From assembly GCA_042577285.1 (NCBI GenBank), contig JBHPDM010000002.1, positions 6,917 to 70,916 of the forward strand: a stretch of DNA of 64,000 nucleotides. The letters are read 5' to 3'. How positions within the stretch are numbered: position 1 is the stretch's first letter; every line of letters starts with the position of its first letter. Positions 53,973-62,887 of this stretch are shown here, piece after piece. Position numbers and translations under genes: made by a program. Below the pieces are notes generated by a model. It searched no databases. It was given only the letters and a program-made list of their open reading frames with translations, and was not told the origin of the DNA. The stretch comes from Candidatus Omnitrophota bacterium. Lineage in GTDB: Bacteria; Omnitrophota; Gorgyraeia; Gygaellales; Profunditerraquicolaceae.

Positions 53973-54563
53973 TTAACGCTTGCCGTTGATTTCGCAGGAA
54001 ACGATCTCCTGCAGTTGCTTTACCGCACGCTTCAATACCCTGTTTACCAGACGATAGTCGTAACGCCGCGACGCAGAGAGCTCGGAGTGCGCCCGCCTGA
54101 TCCTGCGCGCGACCTCCTTGCCGTCCGTCTTAGGACAGCGCCTTTTCACCCTGGCGCGCAGCGCTGCAAGAGACGGCGGAAGGATGAAAATAGTGACCGC
54201 ATCCTCAGGATACAAGCGCTTGATCACGCGCGCGCCCTTTAAGTCCAGGCATAAGACGATGCTGCGGCCACTCTTTAGCTGCCGGTCTATACGCTCCCTG
54301 GGCGTTCCGTAATAATATCCCAGGAAGTTGGTCCATTCAAGGATTTTCTGCTTCTCACGAAGTTTTAGAAACTGCTGCCTGCTGATGAAAAAATAATCCC
54401 TGCCCTCTCTCTCCTTCGACCTCTTCGGCCGGGTAGTAAAAGACACAGACCCTGACAGGCGGCCCTTAATTGCCCGGGACCTTAGGAGCTGTTTTGCCAG
54501 CGTTGTCTTACCCGAACCCGATGGGCCGGAGATAACGAATATTAGTCCGGATCTTCGCTTCAC
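53973..54563 (-). CDS. gmk: Guanylate kinase
   Basis: Motifs GPSGSGKTT and TTRPKR..E..G.DYFF. Confidence 0.9.
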   Translation of the reverse strand: MKRRSGLIFVISGPSGSGKTTLAKQLLRSRAIKGRLSGSVSFTTRPKRSKEREGRDYFFISRQQFLKLREKQKILEWTNFLGYYYGTPRERIDRQLKSGRSIVLCLDLKGARVIKRLYPEDAVTIFILPPSLAALRARVKRRCPKTDGKEVARRIRRAHSELSASRRYDYRLVNRVLKRAVKQLQEIVSCEINGKR

Positions 54564-54566
54564 GTA

Positions 54567-55394
54567 TTATTCTATATTCTGTAACTGTTCGCGAATCTTC
54601 TCGATCTGGCTCTTTATATAAATGACTTTCCCCGAGATGCCCGACGCGCAGCTCTTTGCGCCGATGGTATTGGCCTCGCGCTGCATCTCCTGGGCGATAA
54701 AATCCAACTCTTTACCTATCGGCCCCACGGCGTAGAGCCGCTTGGTCAGGTTTTTGATGTGGTAACTCAGCCGCTCGATCTCCTCGCTGATATCGGAATA
54801 CTTCAGAAAGCTGGCGCGCTCTTCATCCGCCTTGATCCTGGCTAATTTCCTGCGCACCGCCTGCTTGAAGCGCTGCCTGATCACTTCCAGGGAACGCTTT
54901 AGCGTTTTTGCCCTGTTTAACAAAAAGGCATGCGTAGCGCGCCCCTCATTCTGCCTTGCCCTGATCAGGTCATCCAAGGCCCCGGTTAGGGTCTTACTTA
55001 ACTGCTGCCAGATCTTGCCTTTGGAGAATTCCCCCTCCTTCAGCGATAATACCCCGGGCAGGTGTATCAGGGCGCTTAAATTTATATCATTGGCGACCCT
55101 GAACTTCTTCTCTACGCCTTTCAGCGATGAGATGTAACGCCTCAACAGCTTCTTATTAATAGATACCTGGGAGGCTGCGCCGCCGGTGATGCGGATTATA
55201 CAAAGTACCCTCCCCCTTTTAATCCTGGACTCGATGATCCTCTTTAGCCTATCTTCAAGTGAAATCAGCCCCTCCGGCAGATGAAAAACCGTCTCTAAGA
55301 ACTTGTGATTTGAGCTCCTCAACTCGACGAGGACCTTACCGATCCCCTTAAACTCCGCCTCTCTGCTTCCAAATCCGGTCATGCTTCTTAACAT
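54567..55394 (-). CDS. yicC: YicC-family protein
   Basis: Starts MLRSMTGFG... The C-terminus has REANTIGAKS. Confidence 0.85.
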   Translation of the reverse strand: MLRSMTGFGSREAEFKGIGKVLVELRSSNHKFLETVFHLPEGLISLEDRLKRIIESRIKRGRVLCIIRITGGAASQVSINKKLLRRYISSLKGVEKKFRVANDINLSALIHLPGVLSLKEGEFSKGKIWQQLSKTLTGALDDLIRARQNEGRATHAFLLNRAKTLKRSLEVIRQRFKQAVRRKLARIKADEERASFLKYSDISEEIERLSYHIKNLTKRLYAVGPIGKELDFIAQEMQREANTIGAKSCASGISGKVIYIKSQIEKIREQLQNIE

Positions 55395-55410
55395 ATTCTA
55401 CCTCAATAGG

Positions 55411-55914
55411 TTACGCCCAGCCATTGACCTTACGTTCCTTTTCAGTAACCGCCTTGGTGGGGTACAGATCAACGATGATCTCCTGTGGTTTAAACCACAG
55501 CTTGATCTCGCGTTCAGATTCCTTGGCATCGGAGGAGACGTGGATCACATTTTCGTAAACCCCCAGAGTGGTTATCCTTCCGTATGAGCCGCGGATAGTC
55601 GTTGCTTCCGCCTTCTCCGGGTTCGTCGCTCCGGCAAGCTGGCGGCACTTCGCGATCGCATCTTTTCCCCAATACACCAACGCCATCACCTTGCGCCGGT
55701 TGTGTAACTCGCCGCGGATATATTTGACCAGCTCCCCGAAGAAAGGTTCCTCTTGCAGATGTTTGTAATGTTCTTCGGCAAGCTCCTTTGAGACGCGCAC
55801 CATCTTGGCCGCAACGATCTCCAGTTTACTCTCCGAGAGCCGGGTCAGGACATTGCCGGTCAGAGATTTTTTCAGTCCGTCGGGCTTGACCAATATTAAC
55901 GCTGCCTCATTCAT
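55411..55914 (-). CDS. ndk: Nucleoside-diphosphate kinase-like protein (with a C-terminal extension)
   Basis: Motifs LILVKPDG and NVIHVSSD (variant of NxxHGSD). Confidence 0.7.
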   Translation of the reverse strand: MNEAALILVKPDGLKKSLTGNVLTRLSESKLEIVAAKMVRVSKELAEEHYKHLQEEPFFGELVKYIRGELHNRRKVMALVYWGKDAIAKCRQLAGATNPEKAEATTIRGSYGRITTLGVYENVIHVSSDAKESEREIKLWFKPQEIIVDLYPTKAVTEKERKVNGWA

Positions 55915-55918
55915 CTAA

Positions 55919-56773
55919 TCATCCCTTTCTGATCTTATTGACTACCCTTTCAAGGTCCTCCTGCGAATAAAATTCTATAGTGATCTGCCCGCGCTTCTTG
56001 CGCCGGCTGATACGCACCTTAGTCGCCAGGGCGTGCTGTAGCTCATCTTCTAAAACTACTAGGTAAGGATCTTGCTTGCGTATCGAGTGCTTTGGCCTTT
56101 TGACGCTGGGACGGTGAGTCTTTATCAAGCTTTCCAGCTCCCTTACGGATAATCCCTTTGAGATCACCTCCTGCGTAAGGCGACGCTGCTTATTCCCATC
56201 ATCTATCTCCAAAAGAGCTCTTCCGTGGCCGAAAGAAATTCGCCCCTTCTTCATCTCATCCTGGATCTCTTTAGGCAATTTCAACAGGCGCAGGGTATTA
56301 GTAACAGAGACGCGCGCCTTTCCCAGGACCTCGCTGATCCGCTCCTGCGTCAACTTAAACTTATTCATCAGGTACTGATAAGCCCGCGCCTCTTCAATCG
56401 GATTAAGCTCCTCCCGCTGAAGGTTTTCGATCAGCGCTAACTCTAATGAGTCTTCGTCATTGATCTCCCTGATTATTGCTGGTATCTCCTTTAATTGCAA
56501 TAGGTTAGCTGCGCGCAGCCTTCTTTCTCCGGCGATTAACTCATAGTTCTCCCCCCGCCTGCGTACCAGAATCGGCTGGATCACTCCCTTCTCTCTAATC
56601 GATTGGGCTAAATCTTCCAGCGCCTGATTATCAAAATCCTCCCGGGGCTGAAATTGGCTCGGGCGTATCGCTCCCAATCTAAGGAATGATATCTTCTCCT
56701 CCTTGCCGGTAGATTCCCGCTCCGGGATCAATGCGCTGATACCTTTCCCTAATGCTTTCTTCTCCATAGTCAC
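55919..56773 (-). CDS. parB: Chromosome partitioning protein ParB
   Basis: Motifs QPILVRR....YELIAGERRLRA. Confidence 0.9.
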   Translation of the reverse strand: MTMEKKALGKGISALIPERESTGKEEKISFLRLGAIRPSQFQPREDFDNQALEDLAQSIREKGVIQPILVRRRGENYELIAGERRLRAANLLQLKEIPAIIREINDEDSLELALIENLQREELNPIEEARAYQYLMNKFKLTQERISEVLGKARVSVTNTLRLLKLPKEIQDEMKKGRISFGHGRALLEIDDGNKQRRLTQEVISKGLSVRELESLIKTHRPSVKRPKHSIRKQDPYLVVLEDELQHALATKVRISRRKKRGQITIEFYSQEDLERVVNKIRKG

Positions 56774-57597
56774 TCTCCTGATTTAATTTCCTCTTTGCTC
56801 TCTTCCTGCGTAGAATTGTCCAATCTGACTTCCGGAACCTTAAGCCCGGATAATTCACCGGCTAATGCAGCATAGCGCTGCGCGCCAACAGAATCCTTAT
56901 CATACAAAGCAATCGGCTTGCCAAAGCTCGGCGCCTCGCTAAGGCGGATATTCCTGGGAATCACGGTCTTATACACCTTCTCATGGAAGAAATTCCTCGC
57001 CTCCTGGATTACCTCTTTAGTAAGGTTAGTGCGATAATCCGCCATGGTCAAAAGTACGCCCTCGATCTTGAGGCCTGGGTTAAGATTGTCCTTCACAAGA
57101 TTAATAGTGCTAACTAGTTGCGTTAAGCCTTCCAGGGCGTAAAATTCGCACTGCACTGGAATGATCGCAGAATCTGCAGCGCATAGCGCATTCACGGTAA
57201 GCAAGCCCAACGACGGTGGACAATCTATTAAGATAAAATCAAATTCAGTCCTTGCTCTTTCGAGCGCTTTCTTCAATCTATATTCCCGACCCAAAACACT
57301 GACTAATTCCACTTCTGCTCCGGTAAGATCAAGGTTGGAGGGGGCAAGGGAAAGATTCGCCACTCCCGTCGGCTGCATGGTCTCTTGAATGTCCAATTCG
57401 TCAAGGAGGATATGATAGGTGCTCTTCTGGATATTGTGCTTATTGACGCCTAAGCCGCTGGTGGCGTTCGCCTGCGGGTCAAGGTCGATCAGCAAGACCT
57501 TCTTTCCTGCCAGGGCTAAATATGAGGAGAGATTGATTGCAGATGTAGTTTTGCCAGTCCCGCCCTTTTGGTTACAAAGTGCTATTACCTTACTCAT
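56770..57597 (-). CDS. parA: Chromosome partitioning ATPase ParA/Soj
   Basis: Deviant Walker A: NQKGGTGKTT. Confidence 0.9.
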   Translation of the reverse strand: MSKVIALCNQKGGTGKTTSAINLSSYLALAGKKVLLIDLDPQANATSGLGVNKHNIQKSTYHILLDELDIQETMQPTGVANLSLAPSNLDLTGAEVELVSVLGREYRLKKALERARTEFDFILIDCPPSLGLLTVNALCAADSAIIPVQCEFYALEGLTQLVSTINLVKDNLNPGLKIEGVLLTMADYRTNLTKEVIQEARNFFHEKVYKTVIPRNIRLSEAPSFGKPIALYDKDSVGAQRYAALAGELSGLKVPEVRLDNSTQEESKEEIKSGE

Positions 57598-57619
57598 TGA
57601 TATTTATACATTTAGGAGA

Positions 57620-57635
57620 TGTTTCACGTGGAACT
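57620..57635. promoter_or_regulatory. parS-like site TGTTTCACGTGGAACT
   Basis: 14 of 16 positions match the TGTTTCACGTGAAACA consensus. It lies 23 nt upstream of the parA start. Confidence 0.6.
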
Positions 57636-57700
57636 ATGCGCTGCTACAACTGCTATTTATCCCTATTATCCGTGAAATCAAATCCTTGTCAAGTATTTTC

Positions 57701-57889
57701 TTAGCGAGTTTTTATGCTTACACGAACTTTGGCAGGCCTGGCTCCCTCCATCCCGAAAAGTCCCTTTTCCTCCTCGGAGAGAACCGTAATCATAACTCTA
57801 CTACGCGGCACCTTCAACTCCTTAAGCGCCTTTTCAACCGCTTCTTCAACGCTCTTACCCTCTATCTCTATGCTCGAATTAGCTGTCAT
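57701..57889 (-). CDS. Jag N-terminal-domain-only protein (62 aa)
   Basis: Starts MTANSSIEIEGKSVEEAVEKALKELKV. The ATG at 57889 forms an ATGA overlap with the yidC stop. No KH/R3H part is present. Confidence 0.6.
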   Translation of the reverse strand: MTANSSIEIEGKSVEEAVEKALKELKVPRSRVMITVLSEEEKGLFGMEGARPAKVRVSIKTR

Positions 57890-59436
57890 TTTGCCCTGGC
57901 AATCCTCAGCTGATTGATCAGCATGAATGTGCTGTTCGTAAACCAATACAAAACTAACCCGGATGGCATCCGGTAAAAGATGAATCCGAAGAGGAGCGGG
58001 AATAGGATCATCATCATCTTCTGCTGCTCCTTGGAGCCGCCTGCAGAAGTCGCCATGGTAATCTTCTGCTGGAAGAACATGCCCAGCGCCATCAGGATCG
58101 GCAGAATATTTATCTCGTCACCCAGAACCGGCAACGCCGTCGGCAATGTGAACAATCTATCCGGCTCAGAGAGATCCTTGATCCAAAGAAAATGAGCGCC
58201 CTTCAGGGCTACGGAGCGCATCAAAACCTGGTAGAGTGTGAAGAATACCGGGATCTGAAAGAGAAGCGGAAGACAGCCCCCTAAAGGATTTACCTTGTGC
58301 TCCCTGTAAAGCTCCATGGTAGCTTTGTTGAGTTTCTGTGGATTATCCTTATAAGTATTGCGCAGCTCCGCGATCTTAGGTTGCAGCGCCTGCATCGCCT
58401 TCATAGAGCGCATCTGCTTAAGTGTAAGCGGATAGAGGAGGAAGTAAATTAGGACGCTCAGGATCAGGATCACTACGCCCCAATTATGCACTATCCCATA
58501 GAGAAATCCCAGCAGCTGCAGGAGGATTTGGGCGATAAAATCGAGCCGGCCAAAATAAATCACATCGGTCCACTCCTGGTTGACGCTAGAAATAACCTGC
58601 AACTCCTGTGGCCCCAAGTAGATATGAAAATTAAGCGTTCTTTCAGCTCCGGGAGCAAGGGTCAGCTCCGGGAGGAGAAGGCTAGCTATTGCACTAGAGC
58701 CATGTTTTCTGATCCTTGCAGCCGCGCCCCTATCAAGATCTTCAGGTTGGACAATTACACAGAAATATCTATCCCTGGCAGCGAGAAATTTAGCTGACTG
58801 GAAATCCTTATCAACAGGCTTGCCAAAGTGCAGCGTGGCCTCCGGCGTATTGACCGCGATGTGCTTGAAGCTCATCCGCTGCCTACCCCTGGAGAAATCC
58901 AGTTCCGCGAGAGTCAAAGGAAGATCTACGATGATCGAGCCGGAAGAAAGGTTTTCTACCGTTAACTCTAACTCTATGGCATATTTAGACTTAGAAAAAA
59001 TGAAGCGCTTAGTTATGCGCTTGACCGGATCGCTAAAGCTAAAAGAGGCCTCGCGAGAGGAGACTGCGCCGGATTGGAAAACCACCCCGTCAAGACCCAG
59101 CTGAAAACCACGCTGAAGATCAAACTTATGCGAAAGGTAATCTTTAAAGATCACTTCTTTAATCGCGGCACGCCCCTGGTCAAAAACCAGGATCATCCCG
59201 TCACGCTCTAGCTCTATGAGCTGAGGATCCGCCAGAGGTTCTGCCTCAACGGGCGATTCCTGTATAGCATCCCTGGAAGGAAAATTTCCGCCAGCTCGCT
59301 CAACAGTGCGCCCGGACTCAACTATATTCCCTGTAAGTGGTTGCTCAGCAACAGGATACAACTTTGGAGCGATCCTAGACCAGCTTAACAGGATCAACAT
59401 TGATAATGCTATCGCGAAGATCAGTCGTTTATCCAT
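57886..59436 (-). CDS. yidC: Membrane protein insertase YidC
   Basis: N-terminal anchor, a large periplasmic domain, and a C-terminal core with GGCLP.L.Q.P. Confidence 0.9.
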   Translation of the reverse strand: MDKRLIFAIALSMLILLSWSRIAPKLYPVAEQPLTGNIVESGRTVERAGGNFPSRDAIQESPVEAEPLADPQLIELERDGMILVFDQGRAAIKEVIFKDYLSHKFDLQRGFQLGLDGVVFQSGAVSSREASFSFSDPVKRITKRFIFSKSKYAIELELTVENLSSGSIIVDLPLTLAELDFSRGRQRMSFKHIAVNTPEATLHFGKPVDKDFQSAKFLAARDRYFCVIVQPEDLDRGAAARIRKHGSSAIASLLLPELTLAPGAERTLNFHIYLGPQELQVISSVNQEWTDVIYFGRLDFIAQILLQLLGFLYGIVHNWGVVILILSVLIYFLLYPLTLKQMRSMKAMQALQPKIAELRNTYKDNPQKLNKATMELYREHKVNPLGGCLPLLFQIPVFFTLYQVLMRSVALKGAHFLWIKDLSEPDRLFTLPTALPVLGDEINILPILMALGMFFQQKITMATSAGGSKEQQKMMMILFPLLFGFIFYRMPSGLVLYWFTNSTFMLINQLRIARAK

Positions 59437-59467
59437 AAATCCTTTCTCTGTTTATAAAATCTACTGC

Positions 59468-59683
59468 TTAGCGCAACGGATCATACCCGCACCTGCCGGA
59501 AAAGGGATGACAGGAGATTATCCTGGCTGATGCCTTGAGCGCTCCACGGCAAAACCCATACTTTAGGATCGCCTGTTTCGTATATTCAGAGCATGATGGC
59601 TCAAAACGACAGGAAACAGGCAGGATCCTCCTGATGTGCTGCTGGTAAAAGTCTAGTAGGGTGAGGGCGGCCCGCCGCAACAT
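59468..59683 (-). CDS. yidD: Membrane protein insertion efficiency factor YidD
   Basis: Motif CRFEPSCSEY. Confidence 0.9.
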   Translation of the reverse strand: MLRRAALTLLDFYQQHIRRILPVSCRFEPSCSEYTKQAILKYGFCRGALKASARIISCHPFSGRCGYDPLR

Positions 59684-59689
59684 AGGCGC

Positions 59690-59827
59690 TTAGACCGCCA
59701 GCCGCCTACGGCCCTTCAGACGGCGACGGGCGATCAGCTTGCGGCCCGTCCTGGCCTTCATCCTCCGTCGGAAACCGTGCCGGCGCTTTTTTACGATCTT
59801 TGTGGGTGTTTTTAGGTTTTTTTTCAT
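59690..59827 (-). CDS. rpmH: 50S ribosomal protein L34 (45 aa; not in the ORF track)
   Basis: My own translation is MKKNLKTPTKIVKKRRHGFRRRMKARTGRKLIARRRLKGRRRLAV. Confidence 0.9.
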   Translation of the reverse strand: MKKNLKTPTKIVKKRRHGFRRRMKARTGRKLIARRRLKGRRRLAV

Positions 59828-59919
59828 AGTTCTCCGTCCATATTATAATAGGTTGATAATTATAACATAAAGTGAAAGCAAGTCAACCAGATATTCATGA
59901 AATTTATTTTTATTTTCTG

Positions 59920-59947
59920 TTGACTGGCTAAAATTTTATTGTATAAT
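59920..59947 (+). promoter_or_regulatory. dnaA promoter candidate
   Basis: TTGACT-16 nt-TATAAT, inside an AT-rich block. Confidence 0.45.
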
Positions 59948-59981
59948 AATGCACGCTCTTGTATAATATCCCCGAAGTTGG

Positions 59982-60022
59982 ATTTCCACAGAGTTTTCCA
60001 AGCTGTGTATAAACTGTGAATT
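59982..60022. promoter_or_regulatory. Cluster of four DnaA-box-like 9-mers just upstream of the dnaA ATG
   Basis: The 9-mers are ATTTCCACA (7/9), TTTTCCAAG (6/9), TGTGTATAA (8/9) and TGTGAATTG (6/9), scored against TTATCCACA/TGTGGATAA. Confidence 0.45.
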
Positions 60023-60025
60023 GAC

Positions 60026-61366
60026 ATGCCGCAGAACCAAAACATCTGGCCAAGCGCCTTAGAGCGTCTTAAGGAGAGCCTGGGCAAGACTACCTTTGAA
60101 ACCTGGATCCTGCCGCTCAAGCTTAAGCAGGCCGAAAACGGCACGCTCACCCTGGAGGTGCCTGATAGCTTCTTTAAGGAGTGGGTGGAGAAGCATTATC
60201 TTAATGATATAAAAAAGGCGGTAGGTTCGGTCTCTAAAAAAGCACTCTCTGTAGTCTTAGAGGTCGGGGCGCCCGCGCAAAGCATAGTCGACAGGGCCCA
60301 GATGCAGTCGGCCGGGGCCAGGCAGCCGCTGGCACAACGCACTTCGAATCTGAACCAGCGTTATACATTCGAGAATTTCGTTATCGGCCCTTCCAACCGT
60401 CATGCCCACGCATACTCATTGGCAGTTGCAGATTCGCCGGCTAAAGCCTATAATCCGCTTTTTATTTACGGCGGCGTCGGCCTGGGCAAAACTCACCTGA
60501 TCCAGGCGGTCTGCCATCACGTAAAGGATAAAGCTAAAGATAAAGGCGTAAAAATCCACTACATGTCCTCCGAGCGCTTTACCAATGAACTGATCGCTGC
60601 CATCCAGCACCATTCCACCCCCGCTTTCCGCCAGAAATACAGGAATGTAGACGTGCTGGTGATCGACGACATAAACTTTATCGCCGGGAAGGAATCGACG
60701 CAGGAGGAGTTCTTCCACACCTTTAATACTCTATACGACTCACACAAACAGATCATCCTCTCCTCTGACCGTCCGCCGAAGGAGATCGCTAATCTCCAGG
60801 AACGGCTGGTCTCGCGTTTCGGTTGGGGCCTGACAACCGATATCCAGCCGCCGGACCTAGAGACCAGAGTGGCGATTTTGAAGAAGAAGATAGAGAGAGA
60901 GCCGATCTCTGTGCCGGACGACGTGATCTTCTTCATCGCCTCCCTGATCAAAACAAATATCCGTGAGTTGGAGGGCGCCCTGATCCGGATCGTCGCCTAT
61001 TCATTATTGGAGGAGAAGCCGATCACCCTGGATATGGCCAAACAGGTCCTCAAGGACCTCCTGAAAGAAACAAGGAAGCTGATCACGGTAGACTTCATAC
61101 AGCGCTGCGTGGCAGAGGAATTCGGTACATCGATGCAGGAACTTAAGATGCGCAGGCGCAATAAGAATATAGTGCGACCAAGGCAGGTAGCGATGTATTT
61201 GAGTAGAGAATTGACTGATTCGTCGCTCCCGGAGATCGGGGATTTTTTCGGGGGAAAAGATCATACTACGGTCCTGCATTCATGCAACAAGATTAAAGGA
61301 GAGATAGTTTCCAACGAGTTACTCAAAGAGCGCATCGAAAAGTTGATCCAGGTGATTAAACAGTGA
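60026..61366 (+). CDS. dnaA: Chromosomal replication initiator protein DnaA
   Basis: Motifs GGVGLGKTHL, VLVIDDINF, and a C-terminal DNA-binding domain with DHTTVLH. Confidence 0.95.
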   Translation: MPQNQNIWPSALERLKESLGKTTFETWILPLKLKQAENGTLTLEVPDSFFKEWVEKHYLNDIKKAVGSVSKKALSVVLEVGAPAQSIVDRAQMQSAGARQPLAQRTSNLNQRYTFENFVIGPSNRHAHAYSLAVADSPAKAYNPLFIYGGVGLGKTHLIQAVCHHVKDKAKDKGVKIHYMSSERFTNELIAAIQHHSTPAFRQKYRNVDVLVIDDINFIAGKESTQEEFFHTFNTLYDSHKQIILSSDRPPKEIANLQERLVSRFGWGLTTDIQPPDLETRVAILKKKIEREPISVPDDVIFFIASLIKTNIRELEGALIRIVAYSLLEEKPITLDMAKQVLKDLLKETRKLITVDFIQRCVAEEFGTSMQELKMRRRNKNIVRPRQVAMYLSRELTDSSLPEIGDFFGGKDHTTVLHSCNKIKGEIVSNELLKERIEKLIQVIKQ

Positions 61367-61506
61367 ATTCAAGTGTTATTAAGTGGTTCTTATCCGTATA
61401 AGATAGAGTGAAGTAAGGGGTTGGGGGATTTTAAACAGGGATGTAACCGGCTTACTACTAAGACTATATCAATATATACTAATAAATACTAATAGGAGCG
61501 TACGAA
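61367..61506. other. dnaA-dnaN intergenic region with one DnaA-box-like site and an AT-rich direct repeat (possible DUE or second oriC segment)
   Basis: TTATCCGTA (7/9) lies near 61389. ATACTAATA occurs twice within 61470-61496. Confidence 0.35.
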
Positions 61507-62598
61507 ATGAAGTTTAAAACAAATAAAGCAGACCTATTAAGCGGCATACAAACTACCCAGGGGGTGATTACATCTAAGGCGGCTTTACCTATACTTTCCA
61601 ACATACTTATCGAGTCTATCCAGGATGGGGTCAAGCTTACAGCAACCGATTTAGATATAGGTATAAGTTGTGAAATACCTGTGGAGATCCAGGAGCGGGG
61701 TTCGATCACTGTCCCGGCCAAGAGATTCGGGGAGATCATCAGGGACCTGCCGGGTGAAGATATAAATATCCATATTAAGAAGAATAACCTGGTCTTGATC
61801 GAAACTCAAAAATGCCAGTTTAAGATCATGGGTCTTCCCGGCGATGAGTTTCCTAAACTGCCCGAGTTTAAAGATAAACAGGTGATCAAGATCGAGCAGG
61901 AAACCCTCAAGAGCATGTTGGGGTTGACATCTTTTGCGGTTTCATATGACGAGTCGCGCTATATTTTGAACGGCATACTCTTTAAGATCAGTAAAGATAA
62001 ACTGACCCTGGTCGCTACAGACGGCAAGAGGTTGGCGATAATAGAGAAGAAACTCAAGCAACCGGCTGATAAAGAGCTAAAATTTATCGTTCCCATCAAG
62101 ACGATCCAGGAGCTTAACCGTAACCTTGGGGGGCCGGGGGAGTTATCGTTGACGCTTGGGGATAACCAGGCATTGTTTGACCTGGGCGCGGTGATCGTAG
62201 TCTCCCGTCTTATCGAGGGGGAATTCCCGGATTATCAGCAGGTGGTGCCGCCGGCCTCAGATAATAAGATCGGGGTATCCCGCGAGGACTTTTTGTTGGG
62301 TGTAAAGCGGGCGGCGTTGCTCTCTACCCCGGATTATCAGGCAGTCAAATTAGAATCCTTTAAAGACAGGATGGTGATCTCCAAAACTACTCCCGATGTC
62401 GGGGAATCCCGCGAGGAGATCCGTGCAGAGTATAAGGGTAAGGAGATCGCAGCAGGCTTTAATCCGCAGTACCTGGTAGATGTGCTGAAAAACCTGACGG
62501 ATGAGAGCATAGATTTTGAACTGGCAGACAGCGAGAAACCCGGGGTTATCCGCAGAGAGGGCTATACCTATATCGTGCTGCCGATGCGCCTAAGTTAA
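61507..62598 (+). CDS. dnaN: DNA polymerase III beta sliding clamp
   Basis: 363 aa with a three-domain clamp pattern (LTATDLDI..., LVATDGKRLA). Confidence 0.9.
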   Translation: MKFKTNKADLLSGIQTTQGVITSKAALPILSNILIESIQDGVKLTATDLDIGISCEIPVEIQERGSITVPAKRFGEIIRDLPGEDINIHIKKNNLVLIETQKCQFKIMGLPGDEFPKLPEFKDKQVIKIEQETLKSMLGLTSFAVSYDESRYILNGILFKISKDKLTLVATDGKRLAIIEKKLKQPADKELKFIVPIKTIQELNRNLGGPGELSLTLGDNQALFDLGAVIVVSRLIEGEFPDYQQVVPPASDNKIGVSREDFLLGVKRAALLSTPDYQAVKLESFKDRMVISKTTPDVGESREEIRAEYKGKEIAAGFNPQYLVDVLKNLTDESIDFELADSEKPGVIRREGYTYIVLPMRLS

Positions 62599-62599
62599 A

Positions 62600-62887
62600 A
62601 TGGAGGAGATAAAACACACCATCCGGGGCGTATTTAGGGAGATGGAGAAGCGCAGTATACGGGCAGCCGGGGAGGACCCGCAGCGGATATTTAAGGACGT
62701 TCTGGCCCCGAAGGAGCGCAAACACGCCAGGATCAGCTCATTTAAAAACGGAGTAGTACATATTAGGGTGGATTCTTCCGGGTGGCTTTACCAGATGAAC
62801 CTGGGCAGGGATGTTTTGTTAGCAAAATTGCGCCGCAGATCCAGTAAAGTCAAAGATGTGCGTTTACGCTTAGGACAGATAAAATGA
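62600..62887 (+). CDS. DUF721 (DciA-like) protein
   Basis: 95 aa, located between dnaN and gyrB. Contains [15 protein letters not shown]. Confidence 0.6.
   Translation: MEEIKHTIRGVFREMEKRSIRAAGEDPQRIFKDVLAPKERKHARISSFKNGVVHIRVDSSGWLYQMNLGRDVLLAKLRRRSSKVKDVRLRLGQIK

Noticed and set aside
59860-60150. 96-aa minus-strand ORF upstream of and overlapping dnaA.
   Set aside because: It spans the AT-rich dnaA promoter and DnaA-box region and the dnaA start codon. It has no RBS and no motif.
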